Source of the DNA: Eledone cirrhosa | Lineage: Eukaryota | Assembly (NCBI GenBank): GCA_964016885.1 | Contig: OZ024745.1 | Coordinates: 27,280,001 to 27,344,000 of the forward strand | Reading direction: 5' to 3' | Length of the DNA stretch: 64,000 bases | Translations under genes and position numbers: made by a program | Part shown: piece by piece, positions 37,823-53,933 of the stretch | How the letters are laid out: each line of letters opens with the position of its first letter | Position numbering within the stretch: the first letter of the stretch is position 1 | The notes under the pieces: generated by a model | What the model was told of the DNA's origin: nothing | What the model saw: the letters and a program-made list of their open reading frames with translations, nothing else | The model's database searches: none

Positions 37823-38134
37823 GTAACACAGGGTGTATATATACAGAGGGGTGGGGAAACCATGTCTCATTCATATTTTTCTTTTTTTGTTTGTTTTTTG
37901 GCATGGATTCTGTGGTTGGATGTTCTTTTAAACTTCAACTACTTTATAGTATCTACTGCGTACATTTTATTATGACATCAGCACTAGAAAGGTTGTCATG
38001 TTCTCAGCAAGACTAAAGGGTCCCCCTCAACCTTACACCCCACTAAGATGGCTAACGCTCATTGTTGTTCTCTATTCTCAACTGGCCTCAAGTATGATGT
38101 CTCGTTTTTAGTTTCTTTCTATATTTATGTAATA

Positions 38135-38477
38135 CAAGGGTCAGCTGAAAGGTTCATAGGCTGACCAAGATACTCTCATGGAATGACCTAAAGGGTTTAT
38201 CTTTCAACATAGTCCCTAGAAAGAAACAATTTAGTTATTAATAAGAAGAGTTGAAATTAATGGATGCAAAATTTCACAGCTCTAGCATCATTCCTTCATA
38301 TGTTGAAATGTTCATAGGCTGACTAAGATACTCTCATTGAATGACCAAACGAGGTATATTTTTCAACAGAGTCCTTGAAAAGAAACAATGCAGTTATTAA
38401 TAACAACAGTTTAAATTAATGCTTGCAAGATTTCATATCTCTAGCATCAATACTTCATAGTCAGTCTACCCTCATAT
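38135..38477. mobile_element. Mariner-like MITE, tandem dimer; paralogue at 53934-54131
   Basis: TA|CAAGGGTCAGCTGAAAGGTTCATAGGCT; the body repeats again from ~38305. Confidence 0.75.
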
Positions 38478-38734
38478 AACAATTTACATAGGAATGGCAG
38501 CTGTTGCTTGCTATTTTATGAGAGATTCTACAAAAGATGCTGATATCAAACAAATGCAAAGCATCTCTCAATTGTTTGTTTCTACTCTTGCTTTATGGTT
38601 TCCGTTTAGTTCTTGAAAACATTTACACTTGACTGTTGTCTTCATGCCAATGTACGACTTTGGTATGAACTAACTAAATGCTAAATAACAAGCTGCAGTA
38701 GTCCCACACATGATATATCTGTCTGTCTGCCTCT

Positions 38735-39005
38735 TTGTATGTGTGTGTGTATATACATATATATATATATATATAAATATATGTGTATATATGTATGTAT
38801 ATATATATATATATAAATATGTGTATATATGTATATATATATACATATATATAAATATATGTATATATGTATATATGTATATATAAATATATGTATATAT
38901 AAATATATGTATATATAAATATATGTATATATAAATATATGTATATATAAATATATGTATATATAAATATATGTATATATAAATATATGTATATATAAAT
39001 ATATG

Positions 39006-39039
<34 letters not shown>

Positions 39040-39050
39040 TGTATATATAC
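38735..39050. repeat. (TA)n / (TATATAAATATATG)n compound microsatellite
   Basis: Read directly. Confidence 0.9.
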
Positions 39051-39584
39051 TGGAAGGTCGAACTTATATAATCATTTACTTAATATAATATAATTTAATT
39101 TAACTTATTTTGTTTTATTTTATTTTAATTAAATTTAGATTACCTTCAGCTTTTTCAAATATTCAGCGCTTCTTTATATCACATTCACTAAAATATTTTA
39201 GAGATATCTTTTCTATACTTTATTAAAACCCTATTGCATTTATTTCTAATTTTGGGCATCTTTAAATTTCACAAATAATTCATTTTCTTTTATTTGTATA
39301 TTTATTTTGTATCTAGCCCCTATCACTAGGACTCATATAGTTTTGACTTATATCTTTATAGTATATATCAACTAAATGAAAATAATTGATATAAAACATT
39401 AATTCTTTAACAATATTTTTAACTATATATATTTTTGAGCAATATCTTCAGGAAATTTACTATATTGCAATATTGCATTATTGTAATATAATGATATATT
39501 ATTTATATTTGAAATGTATCACCTCAACTATGAACAAATAATAAACTATAATCTTGGTATTTTATGATCAATACATATATATAG

Positions 39585-39806
39585 TGAAGGCGTGTGGCTG
39601 AGTGGTTAGAGAATTGGATTCGCAATCGTAAGGTTGTGAGTTCGATTCCTGGACCAGGTGATGCGTTATGTCCTTGAGCAAGACACTTTATTTCACGTTG
39701 CTCCTTCTACTTGGAGTTGTGACCAATAGATAGTATTAGCAATTGGAAAGACCAACGGAAACATTGTTCCCTCGGTCCGATTTGACGAAAGTTGATCTTC
39801 CTTTTT
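39585..39806 (+). mobile_element. SINE family 3 (tRNA head plus CORE-like centre, distinct 3' end)
   Basis: TGGCTGAGTGG A-box, GAGTTCGATTCC B-box, GTCCTTGAGCAAGACACTTTA. Confidence 0.85.
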
Positions 39807-40361
39807 ACATATATATAGTTGGAAATTCTGACTTCTTTAAGTTTAATTATAAGGCTGGTTGATACTTTAGGTACTCAAACTATTTAATAATAAATTCTTT
39901 AATAATTATAACTATAATTATCTTATAAATTATATTACAGAAACTGTTGTCAATATTATAAGTAATTTTGGTAAAGATTACCTTCGTGAGGATATAAAAC
40001 ATTATATATATATATTTTCTTTCTCATGTTTCGTAAATCCTTTAAATTTGTTTTCATAAAATTTGAATCTTAGAAATTAAACATAATTATATTATAATAT
40101 TAATACAAATACCTATTAACTTTTAAAACCTAAAATATGATTCTTTACCCTGAAATAACATAAATTAAATATTTTGAAAATTAACTGCCAACTATATTAT
40201 TCTGGACACATGTTGATTATATATAAACTTGAACATAAATTACTCCCCTTTGTCTCTCTCTCTCTCTTTAATCATCTCTCATTGTTTATTCGAGGCACCT
40301 ACTAACTATATTATCCCATCAGCTGTTTCTTCCTCTATGCTTTCCTTTCGCTCCTCTTTCT

Positions 40362-40561
40362 NNNNNNNNNNNNNNNNNNNNNNNNNNNNNNNNNNNNNNN
40401 NNNNNNNNNNNNNNNNNNNNNNNNNNNNNNNNNNNNNNNNNNNNNNNNNNNNNNNNNNNNNNNNNNNNNNNNNNNNNNNNNNNNNNNNNNNNNNNNNNNN
40501 NNNNNNNNNNNNNNNNNNNNNNNNNNNNNNNNNNNNNNNNNNNNNNNNNNNNNNNNNNNNN
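40362..40561. other. Assembly gap (200 N)
   Basis: N run. Confidence 1.
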
Positions 40562-40955
40562 CAACATGCTGGGTTCTGTTTGACAGGAAGCTCTTGATCC
40601 ACTGCAGCAGCTTTCCAGTGACACCAATATTGGACAGCTTTCTCAGTAGAATGTTATGATCAACCCTGTCAAAGGCGTTGCTGAAATCAAGGTAGATAAC
40701 ATCAGTGTTGGAACCCCCTCCATCAAAGTGATGCAGTAGCTGCGTCAGGCAATCCCTTCCATTACGGAATCCATGCTGGTTGGAGTTCAGCATATTGTTA
40801 CTCTCAAGGAAGTGGGTCATTCGCGATCTCACCACTCTCTCAAATACCTTAATGATATGAGAGGTGAGTGAGATTGGACGGTAATTCACGGCAAGGGATT
40901 TGTTTTCCTTTTTGAAAACTGGGACAACAGACTGGGATAGAAGGTTTTCTGGCAC
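40562..40955 (-). mobile_element. CR1-group LINE reverse transcriptase fragment
   Basis: [17 protein letters not shown]...[15 protein letters not shown]...[16 protein letters not shown]. Confidence 0.9.
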
Positions 40956-41301
40956 ATATGTATGTATATATATATGTATATATATATATATGTATGTATA
41001 TATATATGTATGTATGTATATATATATGTATGTATGTATATATATATGTATGTATGTATATATATATGTATATATGTATATATATATGTATGTATGTATA
41101 TATATATGTATATATGTATATATATATGTATATATGTATATATATATATATATGTATATATGTATATGTATATATGTATATATATATATGTATATATGTA
41201 TATATGTATATATATATATGTATATATGTATATATATATATGTATATATGTATATATATGTATGTATATATGTATGTATATATGTATATATATATATATG
41301 T

Positions 41302-41342
<41 letters not shown>

Positions 41343-41434
41343 TGTATATATATGTATATATGTATATATGTATATATATATATGTATATATATATATATG
41401 TATGTATATATGTATATATGTATATATATATATG

Positions 41435-41533
<99 letters not shown>

Positions 41534-41685
41534 GTATGTATATATATATATATATGTATATATATGTATATGTAAATGTATATATATATATATATGTATA
41601 TATATGTATATGTAAATGTATATGTATATATATATGTGTATGTGTATGTATATATATATATGTATTTATATATGTATATGTGTAT

Positions 41686-41937
41686 CATCATCATCATCAT
41701 CATCATCAACGTTTAACGTCCGTGTTCCACGCTTGCATGGGTTTGGACGGGGGTAGTCCCACTTGAGGCAAGAGTGATTGTCTTGCTCGCATAGGACTGT
41801 CTGGCAGGTTTTCTACAGTTGGATGCCCTTCCTAACACCAACCACATTTACAGTGTGGGAATGGGAGGTTTTTACCGTGTTGCCTACACGGCCACATTAC
41901 AGCGTGGACTGTGTGTTTTTTTGTCGTGACACCTACA
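41686..41937 (-). mobile_element. 3' UTR/tail of the RTE element family seen at 59689-60385
   Basis: Near-identical to ~59690-59925, with (CAT)n tail on the plus strand. Confidence 0.85.
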
Positions 41938-42107
41938 TGTGTATATATATGTATATGTATATATATATGTATATGTGTATATATATGTATATGTATATAT
42001 ATATGTATATGTGTATATATATGTATATGTATATGTATATGTGTATATATATGTATACATATATGTATATATATATGTATATATATATGTATATATATAT
42101 GTATATA

Positions 42108-42142
<35 letters not shown>

Positions 42143-42329
42143 ATATATGTATATATGTATATGTATATATATATGTGTATATGTATATATATATGTATAT
42201 ATGTATATATATATGTATATATGTATATATATATGTATATATGTATATATATATATGTATATATATGCATATATATATGTATATATGTATATGCATATAT
42301 ATATGTGTATATGTATATATATATGTGTA

Positions 42330-42580
42330 TCATCATCATCATCATCATTTTACGTCCGCTTTTCCCTGCTTGCAAGGGTGGGACGGGTCTTATTCAGCAC
42401 AGCATCTCTCCACTCGTCACGGTCCCTCGTCATCTCCACCGTGAGCTTCAATGATCTGAGGTCTGTTCTCACCACCTCCGCCCATGTTTTTTGTGGTCTA
42501 CCTCTACCACTTCTATTTCCTGGCACTTCTTCACCCATCGGTCATCCTCCATGCGCATCACATGTCCATACCACCTCAGT
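42330..42580 (-). mobile_element. RTE-clade LINE 3' end
   Basis: [18 protein letters not shown] and [17 protein letters not shown]...RDRDEWR, with (GAT)n tail. Confidence 0.85.
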
Positions 42581-43110
42581 GTATATGTATATATATATGT
42601 GTATATGTATATATATATGTATATATGTATATGCATATATATATATGTATATATATATGTATATATGTATATGCATATATATATGTATATATGTATATAC
42701 ATATATAGACATATATACATATATATATGCATATACGTCTATATATGTATATATATGTATATATGTATATGCATATATGTATATATGTATATGCATATAT
42801 ATATGTATATATATATATGCATATATATATGTATATATGTATATGCATATATATATGTATATATGTATATGCATGTATATATGTATATGCATATATATAT
42901 GTGTATATGTATATATATATGTGTATATGTATGTGTATATGTATATATATATATGTGTATATGTATGTATATATGTATACGTATATATGTATGTATACGT
43001 AAATATATATATGTATATATGAATATATGTATATATGAATATATGTATATATATATGTATGTATGTATGTATATGTATATATATATGTATATTATATTTG
43101 TATATATGTA

Positions 43111-43154
<44 letters not shown>

Positions 43155-43677
43155 TATAAATTACACAAAGAGAAGTGTGTTACACAGTGAGATGTGTGCA
43201 AAGAATTATTACAAGTGATTTTACCGTTACTGTATAGGGAACAATATCTACAGGTTAGCAATTAAATAGAAAAAACCAAATCAGAATCAAATCTCTGGAT
43301 TAGAGTTTTAAATCACTAACCTTGTAACTATATTTTGCTGATATGAATCTAGCTTCGTTTCACCACTTATATGTAAACACTACACATCTAACCTCATATA
43401 TGTATATATGTATATATGTATGTATATGTATATATATATGTATATATGTATGTATATGTATATATATATATGTATGTATATATATATGTATATGTATATA
43501 TATTTGTATGTATATATGTATATATATTTGTATGTATATATGTATCTATATATATGTATATATATATATATGTATATATATATATGTATATATATATGTA
43601 TATATATATGTATATATGTATGTATGTATATATATATATGTATGTATATATATATATATATATGTATGTATATATAT

Positions 43678-43711
<34 letters not shown>

Positions 43712-43763
43712 GTATGTATATATATGTATGTATGTATGTATATATATGTATGTATGTATATAT

Positions 43764-43797
<34 letters not shown>

Positions 43798-43974
43798 GTA
43801 TGTATATATATGTATGTATGTATATATATATATATGTATGTATGTATATATATATATATGTATGTATATATATGTATATATGTATGTATATATATATATA
43901 TATGTATGTATATATATGTATATATGTATGTATATATATATATATATGTATGTATATATATGTATATATGTATG

Positions 43975-44005
<31 letters not shown>

Positions 44006-44152
44006 ATATATATATATATATGTATGTATATATATGTATATATGTATGTATATATATATATATGTATGTATATATATATATATGTATGTATATATATATA
44101 TATATATATGTATGTATCTATATATGTATGTATATATATATGTATGTGTATA

Positions 44153-44185
<33 letters not shown>

Positions 44186-44394
44186 ATATATATATATATA
44201 TGTATGTATATATATATGTATGTATGTATATATATATGTATGTATGTATATATATATGTATGTATATATATATATATATGTATGTATGTATATATATGTA
44301 TGTATGTATGTATATATATATATATGTATGTATGTATATATATATATATATGTATGTATGTATGTATGTATATATATATATATGTATGTATGTA

Positions 44395-44425
<31 letters not shown>

Positions 44426-44484
44426 GTATGTATGTATGTATATGGATGTATGTATGTATGTATATATATATATGTATGTATGTA

Positions 44485-44520
<36 letters not shown>

Positions 44521-44544
44521 TGTATGTATGTATATATATGTATG

Positions 44545-44603
<59 letters not shown>

Positions 44604-45444
44604 GTATATATATATGTATGTGTATATATATATGTATGTATATATATATATATGTATATATGTATATATGTATATATATATATATATGTATATATGTATA
44701 TGTATATATGTATATATATATATATGTATGTGTTTATATATATATGTATGTGTATATATATATATATATATGTATGTGTATATATATATATATATATGTA
44801 TGTGTATATATATATATATGTATGTGTATATATATATATATATATGTATGTGTATATATATATATATATATATGTATGTGTATATATATATATATATGTA
44901 TGTGTATATATATATATGTATGATATATATATGTGTATGTATGTATATATATATGTGTATGTATATATATATATGTGTATGTATGTATATATATATGTGT
45001 ATGTATATATATATGTGTATGTATATATATATATATATATATATGTGTATGTATGTATATATATATATATATATGTATGTATATATATATATATGTATGT
45101 ATGTATGTATGTATATATGTATACATACTTACATCTTCTGAAGAGGTTAAGTTGACCCCACCTTGTACAATTATATATATGTATATATATATACATGTAT
45201 ATATATATATATATACATATGTATATATATACATATGTATGTATATATATATATGTATGTATGTATGTATATATGTATACATATTTACATACATCTTTTG
45301 AAGAGGTTAAGTTGACCCCACCTTGTACGATTATATATATGTATATATATATATATATATATAAAAACAAATAACGAAACAAAATTAAATTTTGTTTCGT
45401 TTGTAACTCACTTTTGTATGACTGACGCTTTTGTATAACTTAAT

Positions 45445-45475
<31 letters not shown>

Positions 45476-45825
45476 GTGTATATATACATATATATGTATA
45501 TATATATACATATATGTATATATATATACTTATATGTATATATATATATATATCTATATATATATACATATATATATACATATATGTATATATATGTATA
45601 TATATATATACATATATGTATATATATATATATATCTATATATATATACATATATGTATATATATATATATATCTATATATATATACATATATGTATATA
45701 TATATATATATCTATATATATATACATATATATATACATATATGTATATATATATATGTATATATATACATATATATATGTATATATATATACATATATA
45801 TATGTATATATATACATATATATAT

Positions 45826-46346
45826 GTGTAATAGTAATATACGTGAACGGCAAAGCATAAACGAACTAAGGAAAAAATTAGAAATAAGAGGGATCAGATG
45901 TTGTTTACTAGAGAGAAGACTACGTTGGCGGTACTCAGTAACAGAGGAGACCCACCTTGCCTAAATACAAAGTAAACCTACTACAGTCAGTAGGCATCTC
46001 TAACAAAATACACCCCCGTCCCACCACCCCCACCCCATCCACACCGCTCCCTCTATGTAAAGTTATGTTGGTGCCACAACATCCAGGCCGAAACAAATGA
46101 GATCATGTAGGTGTCACGACAAAAAAACACACAGTCCACGCTGTAATGTGGCCGTGTAGGCAACACGGTAAAAACCTCCCAGTCCCACACTGTAAACGTG
46201 GTTGGTGTTAGGAAGGGCATCCAGCTGTAGAAAACCCGCCAGACATTCCTATGCGAGCAAGACAACCACTCTTGCCTCACGTGGGAAAACTCCCGTCCAA
46301 ACCCATGCAAGCGTGGAACACGGACATTAAACGATGATGATGATGA
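45826..46346 (+). mobile_element. RTE-clade LINE 3' end with internal deletion
   Basis: [30 protein letters not shown] fused directly to RYSV; 3' UTR and (GAT)n tail as in 59689-60385. Confidence 0.85.
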
Positions 46347-46579
46347 TACATATATATATGTATATATATATATATGTATGTATATATATATATATATACA
46401 TATAAATATATCATCATCATTTCATCATCATTTCATTTTACGTCCGCTTTTTCCCTGCTTGCAAGGGTGGGACGGGAACTGATTCTGGCTTGATTTCTAC
46501 AGCTGGATGCCCTTCCTAACACCAACCTCATTTACAGTGAGTGCTGGGTGCTTTTTTGCCATGGCACCTCCACGACCAC

Positions 46580-46758
46580 TTTGCAGTGGAATGATATGGA
46601 CCCCAGTCCCTATCATCTCATTTCTACAGCTGAGTAAACTGGAGCAATGTGAAATAAAGTGTCTTGCTCAAGGAAACAACACATCACCCGGTCTGAGAAT
46701 TGAACTCACAACCTTTCGATTGCAAGGCCAATGCTCTAACCACTAAGCCATGTGCCTC
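46580..46758 (-). mobile_element. SINE with family 2/3 head
   Basis: Minus strand GGAGGCACATGGCTTAGTGG...GAGTTCAATTC...TTGAGCAAGACACTTTATTTCAC. Confidence 0.8.
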
Positions 46759-46793
46759 CATATTTATATATATATATGTATATATATATATAA

Positions 46794-46959
<166 letters not shown>

Positions 46960-47009
46960 ATATATATATATACATATATATACATATACATATATATATA
47001 TATGTATAG

Positions 47010-47095
<86 letters not shown>

Positions 47096-47339
47096 ATATA
47101 TATATGTATATATATATATGTATATATATATGTATATATATATGTATATATATATGTATATATATATGTATATATATATGTATATATATATGTATATATA
47201 TATATGTATATATGTATATGTATATGTATATATGTATATGTATATGTATATATATATATGTATATATATATATGTATATGTATATATATATATGTATATG
47301 TATATATGTATATGTATATGTATATATGTATATGTATAT

Positions 47340-47396
<57 letters not shown>

Positions 47397-47477
47397 CATA
47401 TATATGTATATATATATGTATATGTATATGTATATATGTATATATATATGTATATGTATATATATATACATATATGT

Positions 47478-47511
<34 letters not shown>

Positions 47512-47638
47512 GTATATGTATATATATATACATATATGTATATATATGTATATATATATACATATATGTATATATATGTATATATATATGTATATACATA
47601 TATGTATACATATATGTATATATATATGTATATATATG

Positions 47639-47671
<33 letters not shown>

Positions 47672-48324
47672 GTATATATACATATATATATGTATATATA
47701 TATGTATATATATATACATATATATATGTATATATATATACATATATATATGTATATATATATGTATATATGTATATATATATGTATATATATATACATA
47801 TATATATGTATATATATATGTATATATATATACATATATATATGTATATATATATACATATATATATGTATATATATATACATATATATATGTATATATA
47901 TATGTATATATATATATACATATATATATACATATATATATACATATATATATGTATATATATATACATATACATATATATATACATATATATATGTATA
48001 TATATATGTATATGTATATATATATACATATATATATGTATATATATATATGTATATGTATATATATATACATATATATATGTATATATATATATGTATA
48101 TATATATACATATATATATGTATATATATATATATACATATATATATGTATATATATATGTATATATATATATACATATATATATGTATATATATATATG
48201 TATATATATATGCATATATATATGTATATATATATATGTATATCTATACATTATATATATGTATATATATATATGTATATATATATGCATATATATATGT
48301 ATATATATATATGTATATCTATAC

Positions 48325-48386
<62 letters not shown>

Positions 48387-49884
48387 TATATATAATTGTA
48401 CTAGGTGGGGTCAACTTAACCTCTTCAGAAGATGAAGGTCAATAAATGAGCCCTATTGAAATGCTCTCACTTACAATCCATTTGCTTCAGAATGAAACAA
48501 TAGTTATTGCCATCTATTTTTAACTGTGTGTGTGTAGAGGTGTGTTTCTGTTGAATGATTGGTTCTGTTGCTCTTGCCTGATACTAGTCAGCTGTTGTTT
48601 GATTGTGGGAGATGTTCATATGTAGATTGTCTGTGATGTTACCCATGTCAGCTTCTCTCACTATTTCTCATCCAAATTAAGTGTTGGATTTTAAAAGGTA
48701 AGTTATTGTCTAGTTGGCCTTCGTAAACATAGATTTCTTTTTTATATTTGTACTTCCCTGTACATTAAAATAATGATGATGATGATGATGATGATAATGA
48801 TAATAATAATATTTATTATTATTATCATTATATACTCTGCTTTTCCCCTCCACACAAATTGTTGGACTTGTAGCTATATCATCGTCATTATTGTTATTAT
48901 TATGGAAATAATAGACTTGATCGAGCATACTTATGATTATTGACTTTCCAACTTTGTTTTCTAAGTACAGTATTTCTGAGAAAAAGTTAGTGTGATTTTT
49001 GCTGCTATTTCTAGGCGATCGAGTGCTCACATAGAAATCCTCTTGTTCGTTTATTAAGAACAGCTGATGATACAGGTTGTTAAGAACTAAACAAAGTAGT
49101 TTGTGATATTTTATTACGTCTCATCTCATTAGAACTGATCCTTGCCTATTAATTTTCTATGGTCATTATATACTCAAATATAAGCCAAGGAATATGTGAC
49201 CAAAAGATCAATAGTAAAATAGGGGATCAGCTTATATTCACCATCTAAACATAGTGTTGATTAGCAGTCTTGTCTTATAAACAAGGTGTGGATTTTTGTC
49301 CATTTCTCAGACATAAATTGGAGGGGTTTATATTCAAGTATATATGCTACAAGAAATGCCACTCAGTTATTCCTTTCCGTTAAAATGTTTCACCATGTGA
49401 CAATGTTAACTTTGGTTTTTTTCTGTCGATTGTATTTTTGTCTCATTTAGTGAAAGTGAAAAAAAGCAGTTTGATTACATTAATTCAATGGGGTAATATA
49501 ATACAGTAATAAGTTTGGAACTCAACTCATAACTTCATGGCCAGTAGTCCAGCATTTCAACCCTACAGCCACAAAAGCAGCAAAGCGGGTGGAACATTTA
49601 TTTCACTATCTGCCAGTATATTCCCAATTTCCTCATCTAACCAACCCTTCCTCATTAACCTTCTTCTCCACCCCCATTTTCCTCATTCAGCCAGCATGGA
49701 AAGCTCGGTCAGACCTTCCCAGTCCAAACCATATCACCCCTCCCATCACATTCATATCCCTGACACACCTTTCCTGTCCAAGCCAGGTACATTCCACAAT
49801 ATGTCAGAAACCATCCATTTGCTTCAGAGTCACTCCCATGGCCCGGTACTTTCATGGTTTTTTTTACATTATCCCCACTCCCAT

Positions 49885-50400
49885 TAACCCTGTAAGGTGG
49901 TAGTGCTGGTGCCATGATATAAAAAAAAAACACCCAATCCACTCTTTAATGTGATAATGCTGGTACTATGACAAAAATAACTCAGTCTGCATGATGGTAG
50001 TCCTTGAGCCATGATAAAAAAAACACCTAATCTATTTTGTAAGGTGGTAATGCTAGTGCCACAATAAAGAACACCAAGTCTACCCTGTGAGGTGGAAGTG
50101 CTGATGTCATGACGAAAAGCACCCAGTCCACTCTGTAAGAGTGTAGTGTTGGAGTCATGATAAAATGCTCCCAATCCACCCTGTAAAGTGGCTAGTGTTA
50201 GGAAGAGCACCCAGTCATAGAAACGAAGCTCCCAGTACATGATGTAAAGTGGCTGGTGTTAGGAAGGGCATCCAGTTATAGAAACAAAGTAAAAAATGGA
50301 GCATATAAACGTGATCACCTAACCAGTCTGTCCTCAGTATGTGACTACCAGTCTAACCCATGCAATAATAGAAAATAGACATTAAATGGGGATGATGATG
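49885..50400 (+). repeat. Degenerate ~50-58-bp tandem expansion inside an RTE/SINE-type tail
   Basis: Recurrent CACCCA(A/G)TC(C/T)AC(T/C)CTGTAAGGTGG, ending in TTAGGAAGGGCATCCAG and (GAT)n. Confidence 0.7.
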
Positions 50401-51377
50401 ACACATTCATTACTCATCTTATTTTAATTTTTTTTCTACTGTTTAGTCAAGGAGGGAAGAGCAGTGCCCATGACCCTTTTCAGAGCCTCAGGAACAGGTG
50501 GGAGGGGAGAGAAGGAGAATATGCCTTTACACCAGCAAAATGGACTCTAATAAAGGTATCCAAGGGCCAGATAATGGTGTTAAATCACTCTCCTGGCTCT
50601 TGGGTTAAATCAGTCATTTTGAGATTTGGATTTATAGAGCTGGAACAAATACTGCAAGGCATTTAATCCAAAATACTCTTTAAAATTCCACCAATCACCA
50701 CCACCACCACCATACTAAACTGGTACTTTATTTTATCAACATCAAAAGAATGAAAGGTAAAATTGACAGGAGCAGGATTTGAATTCAGAGTTCAGGGGAT
50801 GAAATAAATACCACAAGGCAATTTTCTGTCTATGATTGAGAAGCAACTACTCTCTCTCTCTCTCATGGTAAAACACTCTAAACAATAGATCTAATACCAC
50901 CTTACTCTAGCTTCCTCATCTCACTACTCCTTAATTGAAAGATTTAAATAAACCACTGTTTGTTCTTGCACTGATTGTTCTCTCTCAGATACTGGACAAG
51001 AGACTTTGGATGTGACAGTCACCGATTATCATCAATTATTGGTGCTGACAGATCCAGCTACTCACCATGCACTATCTAATCTCCACATTCACAAATTCAG
51101 CAAAATACATATCACCACAAAATAACTCTTATCTGTGAACCCTACACTTAGCAACCTGTTGACATAACACTCTCTATTATATAAAACTTTTTATGTATTC
51201 TTCTTGTGTTATATTTTGCTACATTGTGTAGTTTTATACCTTAGCACAAATATGATCTTAATCATTTTTCAACCACAACAATCAACTTGTACAACACTTG
51301 ACAATACATTAATCACAACTGTTTTTTTTTTTTTTTCTTTTACAGATCTGTTTCACACATTCTTCTCTGATTCGAAA

Positions 51378-51525
51378 ATGAGTGGTGGCCAGCCAAAATC
51401 TTTGAGTTATGGGAGTTCTTCAAACATTCCAATCTTTGAAATTGGAGGTAATGAGAATGAATTTGGAGTGATCCAATCTCCACACACTGACTGTTACATT
51501 CATTCACACCTCCGAGAGAAACAAG
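51378..51525 (+). CDS. Coding exon 1 of a 248-aa uncharacterised, probably disordered protein (exon 51346-51525)
   Basis: Strong acceptor (T)nCTTTTACAG|51346, AAAATG context, donor AAG|GTAAG at 51525/51526. Phase 1 joins in frame to 54262. Confidence 0.75.
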
Positions 51526-51604
51526 GTAAGATGACATTTTTGTTGATACTCTTCCATCAATAGGTATTGACTTTAAAAGACCCTAAAGTATGAACTATGT
51601 CGAC

Positions 51605-51810
51605 ATCACTTAGTTATTCCTGTCAATCCTGCCTGTACAGACCTAAAACTAAGCCAATATCACTTAGTTATTCCTATCAGCCCTATCTTTACAGTATGAA
51701 CATCAAAATCACTTAGTTTCTCATGTGAATCCTGCCTATACAAACCTAAAATTATGGTAATATCATTTAGTTATTCCTATGACCCCTGTCTATACAAACC
51801 TTAAAGTATA
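51605..51810. repeat. ~52-bp degenerate intronic tandem repeat, 4 copies
   Basis: ATCACTTAGTTATTCCT recurs at ~51605, 51659, 51708 and 51761. Confidence 0.75.
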
Positions 51811-52901
51811 AAAATAGAACCTATTCACTATTGGGGTGATGTTTCTTCTTCTATATCTCTTTCTCACTTTTTCTCTCTATCACTCTCTTACCTTACTCTG
51901 GAAGAACTTGGCTGTATTCAGATCTGGAGAGTTGATGGGTTCTGTCAGGTTTAGATAAAATGCCCAAGAAACGCTGTATGTCCCTACAGCATGCTTACAA
52001 CTCCACCATGAGTTACAGGTCCATACATTGGTTGGACAAGATATTTTTTAGGTCAAATGCTCCTCTCTGATGCCAACCCTTACTTTATTCCAAGTATGGT
52101 AAGAGATCTAGACTAATCTTCATTGAAATGCCAAGCATGTAAGATATACAGTTTAAGAGGGACATAAACAAACAGCACCGCTTGTTTTTAAAGAATGTCT
52201 ATGGAAAGACTTGTGTGAAGACAGATGCGTGCGCACGCACAGACACTCATACTATTTAATGCGCTAATCACTTTAGTCAAGGGACACTACTCTGTTTTCT
52301 TCAAGCTGAACGTATACACATATATCGTATGTCAATTTGGTGTGATGTTAGGAAGGTTGTAGTCATCCAACTATGTCACAAATATCATTATAGTTTGTGC
52401 TGGTCAATTCCCAGGGAATACTTAAATATAGACATGGCCCCTTTTGATTTTGATGCTGTCTTTTCTCATTGACCCTCATAGCAATTACTGAATACTGCAT
52501 GGTTTAACAAAGGAGACTCCATGTGCTAAACTACCTGTTAGATATAACAGTGAAGTCTCCTCTAAATCATACCCTACTGTTTAAAACAAGGAAGGACATA
52601 TTGCAATAATGTGGCCCTAGATACACTGTATCTAAAAAGCATGCCTTTGCTCATGGGTCACCTTAGTTAGGGTTGATTTGGGGCTAAACAACAACTATAT
52701 GCCTTGTAGTTGATATTAAAATGTGTTAGGGAAACTTTTGTGGATTTGTAACATTTAGTTACAGCCCTTTATGGTCTAAGTTCAAATCCTGCCGAGGTCA
52801 ACTTTGTCTTTCATCCTTCAGGGTCTGTAAAATAAAGTACCAATTAAGTAATTTGTGGCAAGGAGAAAGTTGATTAAATCAATACCAATACTTAGCTTTG
52901 T

Positions 52902-53160
52902 GGAGGCATATGGCCTAGTAGTAAGAGTGTTGGACTTACGACCATAATGTTGTGGGTTCGATTGCTGGACTGGGTTCATTTCACGTTGCTCCAGTATACT
53001 CAGCTCAAAATTGAGTATCATCAATAGCTGGGGGTTTAACCCTGCGATGGACTGGTGTCCTGTCCTGGAGGAAGCCATGTACTCTCAGTCGCATAACACC
53101 ACGAAAACCAGGATAAGCACTGGCTTGATGGGCCCCCAGGCTCTAGACAGACTTAGGACT
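52902..53160 (+). mobile_element. SINE family 2 (intronic)
   Basis: Full head to tail; paralogue of the 20395 copy. Confidence 0.85.
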
Positions 53161-53477
53161 TTTGTTATTAACTTGAAAACAATTAAATACTCTTTACAAT
53201 TTATCAAGGTGCTTGGTTGATTTGAAATTTGAAACGTTGCTATCTTAACCCAAAATAGCTAGAAATAAGGGGAGAGAAAAAAGTAGGCAGCAAGGGGATT
53301 TAATTAAATTTTCTAAAATTTCTTATTTAATGCGATTTTGTATTTGGATTCCACATTTCAAATATGTGGTATCTAATTTATTAACGAGTGAATAAATTTC
53401 CAGCAAGACTTCTCTCCCTTGCAAGAAAAAACTGAACAACCAATAAGACAAAAAACAAATGGCCCAAAATATAAATA

Positions 53478-53662
53478 ATTGTTTCTACTTTTGGCACAAG
53501 GCCAGCAATTACTCAGTGCATTACTGGTACTTTATTTTATCAACCCCGTAAGGATGAAAGGCAAAGTTAACCTCGGCGGGATTTGAACTCAGAATGGCAA
53601 GGACCGTAACTCTATGCGTCAAAGCATGACGTCCGACCCTCTACCGATACTGCCAATCCACC
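53478..53662 (-). mobile_element. SINE family 1 with TSD (intronic)
   Basis: GCCCAAAATATAAATA at 53462-53477 and 53663-53678. Confidence 0.92.
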
Positions 53663-53933
53663 GCCCAAAATATAAATATTGGTTTTTAATTTAGAGCATA
53701 AAGCCAGCCATTTGGTGGGAGAGATCAGTCCATTATACCGACCCAGTATTTAACTGGTACTTTATTTTATTAGCTATGGAAGGATGGAAGACATAAATAA
53801 TTCTTTCTAATGGTGTTATAATATTTTTAACATTTACTGTCCAATTCACATTATGGTAGCCTTTAAACAAAACAATATTTTCTACACCTTACAACTTTAC
53901 ACAATATTTCAAGCAAACTACAACATCCTCTTG

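Noticed and set aside
39585-39660. tRNA gene (also other A/B-box heads at 23329, 24978, 33968, 52902)
   Set aside because: No complete cloverleaf, and each continues into a multi-copy SINE body.
45137-45160. CTGAAGA-GGTTAA..TTGACC as a hammerhead half
   Set aside because: It lacks GAAA and stem III.
51204-51563. 119-aa single-exon ORF
   Set aside because: It runs through the polypyrimidine tract and past the donor; only 51378-51525 is taken as coding.
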